In this document: positions 60,037 through 64,000 of the stretch, piece after piece
Numbering within the stretch: position 1 is the first letter of the stretch
Layout: every line of letters begins with the position of its first letter
Assembly: GCA_038087875.1 (NCBI GenBank)
Contig: CM075992.1
Span: forward strand, 5,024,001 to 5,088,000
From: Malacoraja senta
Lineage: Eukaryota
Direction of reading: 5' to 3'
Length of the DNA: 64,000 nucleotides
Notes under the pieces: model-generated
Database searches by the model: none
What the model saw: the letters and a program-made list of their open reading frames with translations, nothing else
What the model was told of the DNA's origin: nothing
Position numbers and translations under genes: made by a program

Positions 60037-61929
60037 TAAGTGCCGTCCACATTTTCCCAATACCATTTCCCCAAACTCTGATGCATGGTGATTGAGTGCT
60101 TTAATCCTGCCCCTCTTTTCATAGATGTTGCCTGACCTACTGATCTTTTTTTCCCATATTTAGTTTTACAAGCCATCCATCCACCACCCTTTTTTCACAC
60201 AAAGGGCAGTGGGTGTATGGAACAAGCTGCCAGATGAGGTGGTTGAGGCTGGGGCTATCCCAATGTTTAAGAAACATTTAGACAGGTACATGGACAGAAC
60301 AGGTTTGGAGGGACATGGACCAAGCGCAGGCAAGTGGGAGCAGTGTAGTTGTGACATGTTGGCCGGTTGTAGCATTTCTGGAGAGAAGGAATGGATGACA
60401 TGTTGGGTCAAGACCCTTCTTCAAACCCTTCTTAAACCAGTATCTGCAGTTCCTTCCTACACAGGGAAAATAAAGGCATCAATATATCTGGCAGGAAGGT
60501 GCTTAGATCAGTCAAGACATTGTTACCTGGAGGAGCAAGCGTGGAGAGAGCTTTACCCATTTCATATGTACTTTTTCAGTTGGCATTGGGTACAATGTCA
60601 ACGTCAAGCAGTTAAATGTTGTGGCCACTTGGTGGCGCCACTCTACAAGTGAAACAGCCAGAGTCATACAGCATGGAAACAGGGGAAGGGTCTTGACCCG
60701 AAATGTCACCCATTCCTTCACTCCAGAGATGCTGCCTGTCCCACTGATATACTCCAGCTTTTTGTGTCTATCAGGAAACCGGAGATCCTGGAGAAAACTC
60801 ACGCAGGTCACGGGGAGAACGTACAATCTCCATACAGACAGCACCTGCACTCAGGATCGAACCCGGGTCTCTGGCTCTGTAAGGCAGCCCACGATCTCCT
60901 GATTCACTCTCTGATCTTGCTCCCTTCAGTTGGTTGAATCTCCAGGAAGATAGTCCTTCCTTCTCCACTAGAGATAAGCAAAGTCTATCTGTCTCCCATA
61001 CCCATTACTCAACCATGAGTTGGCCTGACCCTCCCCACTAGTGCAGCAATCATTAATCCCCACATTCAATCACTTCTTGTGTTTACTGCAGATGATGCAT
61101 GAAGCGCTTTAATGTTAATCTTGGCACTCTGCCTAATTTCACAACACCAGCCATTAGGGAGGCAGATTGCTTGGAAGAGAGGATTGTCATTTTGATTATG
61201 GAGAACTGCAAGCAATACAATCATCTCTATCTTAATCGGGGAGCAAGTGGAAAATACATGGAGCTGAAGTTTGATTGAATATTGGCATCAACTTTGCAGT
61301 ACAAGGCATGGAGAACGCAAGTGTGGTTATATTTACAAGTCAGCTGCAGCTATGGGAACGTTTGATGAGACGTTTCAAGGCTTCTGTCTCTGTCCCTGGA
61401 CTACTCATTAAGAAAGGAAGGGGGAAAGGTTATATATCTTAGAGAAAACAAAATTCTATACAGTTGAACAGAGGGAATTTTTCTCTCGCAATTCGGGGGT
61501 GGCACTAGGCCAGAGACCCGGGTTTGAACCTGACCTCGGGTGCTGCCTGTACGGAGTTTTGCATGCTCTCCCTGTGACCGCGTGGGTACCCCCGGTTTTC
61601 TCCCACATCACAAAGACGTGTGGCTCCTCTGTTTCACCACCTGTAGCAATGTTATTTTATAAATTCCATTTTAAGAGAATTTGTACACATGATCAAAAGA
61701 ACATACGGCTAACAAACTGGCCATTTGGCCCATCCGTATATTGGAGTAGCTCTGCTCCTTTGATCCACTCAACAATCCAAAATACCAAAGAGCTACTTTG
61801 AAGAGCAGGACATCTCCCTATGTGCCACAGTGCCTAGGTATCTGTTTTGCATACACCATAGACTTCAGGCTTTTTTTCCCCATATATATATATATATTTA
61901 TTTATTGAACTTCTCTTGTTTATTATCTG

Positions 61930-62370
61930 ATAGAAACATAGAAAATAGGAGTAGGAGGAGGCCATTCGGCCCTTCAAGCCAGCACCGCCATTCGTTGTGA
62001 TCATGGCTGATCGTCCCCAATCAATAACCCGTGCCTGCCTTCTCCCCATATCCCTTGACTCCACTAGCCCCTAGAGCTCTATCCAACTCTCTCTTAAATC
62101 CATCCAGTGATTTGGCCTCCACTGCCCTCTGTGGCTGGGAATTCCATAAATTCACAACTCTCTGGGTGAAAATTTTTTTTGAGTCTTAAATGGCCTCCTC
62201 TTTATTCTAAGACTGTGGCCCCTGGTTCTGGACTCGCCCAACATTGGGAACATTTTTCCAGACTCTAGCTTGTCCAGTCCTTTTATAATTTTATATGTTT
62301 CTATAAGATCCCCCTCATCCTTCTAAACTCCTGTGAATACAAGCCTAGCCTTTTCAATCTTTCCTCATAT
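61930..62370 (-). mobile_element. CR1 LINE 3' fragment
   Basis: Reverse complement encodes RMRGDLIETYKIIKGLDKL; CR1 tail. Confidence 0.85.
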
Positions 62371-62417
62371 GATCTATGTGTATTGTGTTTACAGACCAGT
62401 TGCACTGCTGCAAGTTA

Positions 62418-62851
62418 AGGGCCTGTCCCACGGGCATGCGACTCCATGCGGCAAGCGCGACCTAACCGGAAGCGGGGCCGCGCGGAGGTCGAGTGATCCC
62501 CGTACAGGGTCGGTCCCACCAGCATGCGGCTGCATGCGGCAAGCGCTACCAGATCGGGAGTGGGGGCCGTGCGGAGGTCGAGTGACGTCAAGACGGTGCG
62601 TACGGCGTCGAGGCGGTGCGTGCGGCCTCCATGCGGCAGCGGACCGGCAGGCCGTTGCTGCGCGGAATTTTTGAACAGTGTCAGTTTTTCGGATCCCCGC
62701 GCGATGTCGGGACCAGCTCCGCACAACTCCATACGGCTCCGGCGATCGACGTGGGACTGGCCCCGCGACCTCCGCGCGGCCCCAGCACGGCCGCCGCTTC
62801 CGGTTAGGTCGCGCTTGCCGCATGGAGTCACATGCCCGTGGGACAGGCCCT
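62418..62851. mobile_element. Harbinger/PIF-type MITE (434 bp, very CpG-rich)
   Basis: About 58-bp TIR AGGGCCTGTCCCACGGGCATG...CCTAACCGGAAGCGG; flanked by TTA and TAA inside a Rex1-type tail. Confidence 0.88.
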
Positions 62852-63567
62852 TAAGTGTTTCATTGCTCCATCTTTGCTACACATGACAATTAAACGCTCT
62901 TGACCACTCATGTCCATACATGATAGGAGCAGAACTAGGCCATTTGGCCCATCAAGTCTCCTCCACCATTCAATATCTCCCTCTCAACCCCATTCTCCCG
63001 CCTTCTCCCCACAACCCCGTGACGCATGCACTAGTCAAACCCTTGACGCTCTGGACAACGTGTGTCCCACCGTGAGTCTCAGTGTGTGCAGGAGAAAGAA
63101 AACGAAGACGCGTGTTGGTCATGGATACTGGAAACGACATCCACAGGGCTCGAATGTGAAGTAATCTCTTCAATCTAGCCTTTGGACCCAAGGTAAAGAC
63201 TCTGTTAGCGGCTGTCTCAGCGAGTGACCGACAGCAGGGCAGCATGAATGGAATGGTAATGACATTTTTCATTAGCAGAGATGCTGTTTCCTGGGCACGG
63301 AATGATGTGCTGGGAAATGATGTAGTTATATTGATTTTTATTTCACAGCACTGACTCACATTCCCGAGCTGGGTCCATTCTCTGATTAAATCACCTTCGT
63401 GGCTGTCACGTTATAGAGAGCGAATGTTCGCAAATTAAATTGATGATTTTAACTCTTACCTGTCTCTGCGACCCCAGCCCGAAACCCCCCCCCCAGTGGG
63501 TCTTGCACAATCTGGGAAAAAGGAGTAGGTGACATTTCGGGTTGAGACCTTTCTTCAGACTGTTCAA

Positions 63568-63873
63568 CTTTAGTTTAGTTTAGAGATAGAGTGTGGAAGC
63601 TGGCCCTTCGGCCCACCGGGTCCATGCCGAGCATCGATCGCACGTTCAAACTAGTTCTATGTTATTCCACTTTCACATCCACACTAGGGGCAATTTGCTG
63701 AGGCCCATTAACCAACAAACCCGCACGGCTTTGTGTGTGGGAGGAAAGCGGAGCATTCGGAGGAAACTCAAGTGGTGACAGGGAGTGCGTGCAAACTCCA
63801 CACGGACAGCACCCGAGTCCAGGATTGAACCCGGGTCTCTGGTGCTGTGAGGCAGCGACTCTACCCGCTGTGC
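63568..63873 (-). mobile_element. HE1-like V-SINE
   Basis: Tail (TAAAC)n at about 63570, head at about 63873. Confidence 0.8.
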
Positions 63874-64000
63874 CACTCCGCTGCCCTAGGTCCGTGGACC
63901 ATTGACAAGACACCTGATCACAGTGATCTGCCCTCTGCAAATTGCCCCTGGTGTGCAGGGAGTGGATGTGAATGTGGACTCGTGGGCCGAAGGGCCTGTT

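Noticed and set aside
62333..62886. Cluster of Arg/Ala/Gly-rich ORFs and apparent CpG island
   Set aside because: Explained by a young GC-rich MITE with long TIRs; the mirrored peptides reflect the palindrome.
25700..64000. Expected divergent neighbour gene such as MAST1
   Set aside because: No exon with recognisable MAST-family peptide was found by eye in the unique stretches; not annotated.

Overview
Repeat-saturated vertebrate genomic DNA. The repeat complement (HE1/V-type tRNA SINEs, several CR1 subfamilies, Rex1/Babar, L1, L2, RTE derivatives, Penelope-like terminal repeats, Harbinger-type MITEs) points to a cartilaginous fish, probably a skate or ray (inference). One host gene is visible and is missing from the ORF track: a minus-strand folate-receptor-family gene (retbindin/riboflavin-binding protein). 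Its coding exons are 16196-16328, 4904-4991 and 1982-2110, its probable non-coding first exon and CpG-rich promoter lie near 25.3-25.6 kb, and its 3' exons fall left of the window. The most striking observation is a ~140-bp retroposon with no Pol III promoter whose 5' end is a 54-nt minimal HDV/CPEB3-like ribozyme fold. In the two full-length copies the element begins at the predicted cleavage site, all three copies have target-site duplications, and one copy is in sense orientation inside an intron of the gene. Also notable: hammerhead-like cores in many Penelope-like fragments, a MITE that appears to have copied ~95 bp of flank from a sister copy 46 kb away, a tandem pair of REST/RE1 sites, and a covarying hairpin shared by four different non-autonomous retroelements. 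There is one 200-N assembly gap (17102-17301). Repeat boundaries are approximate and family names come from recognition, not database searches.
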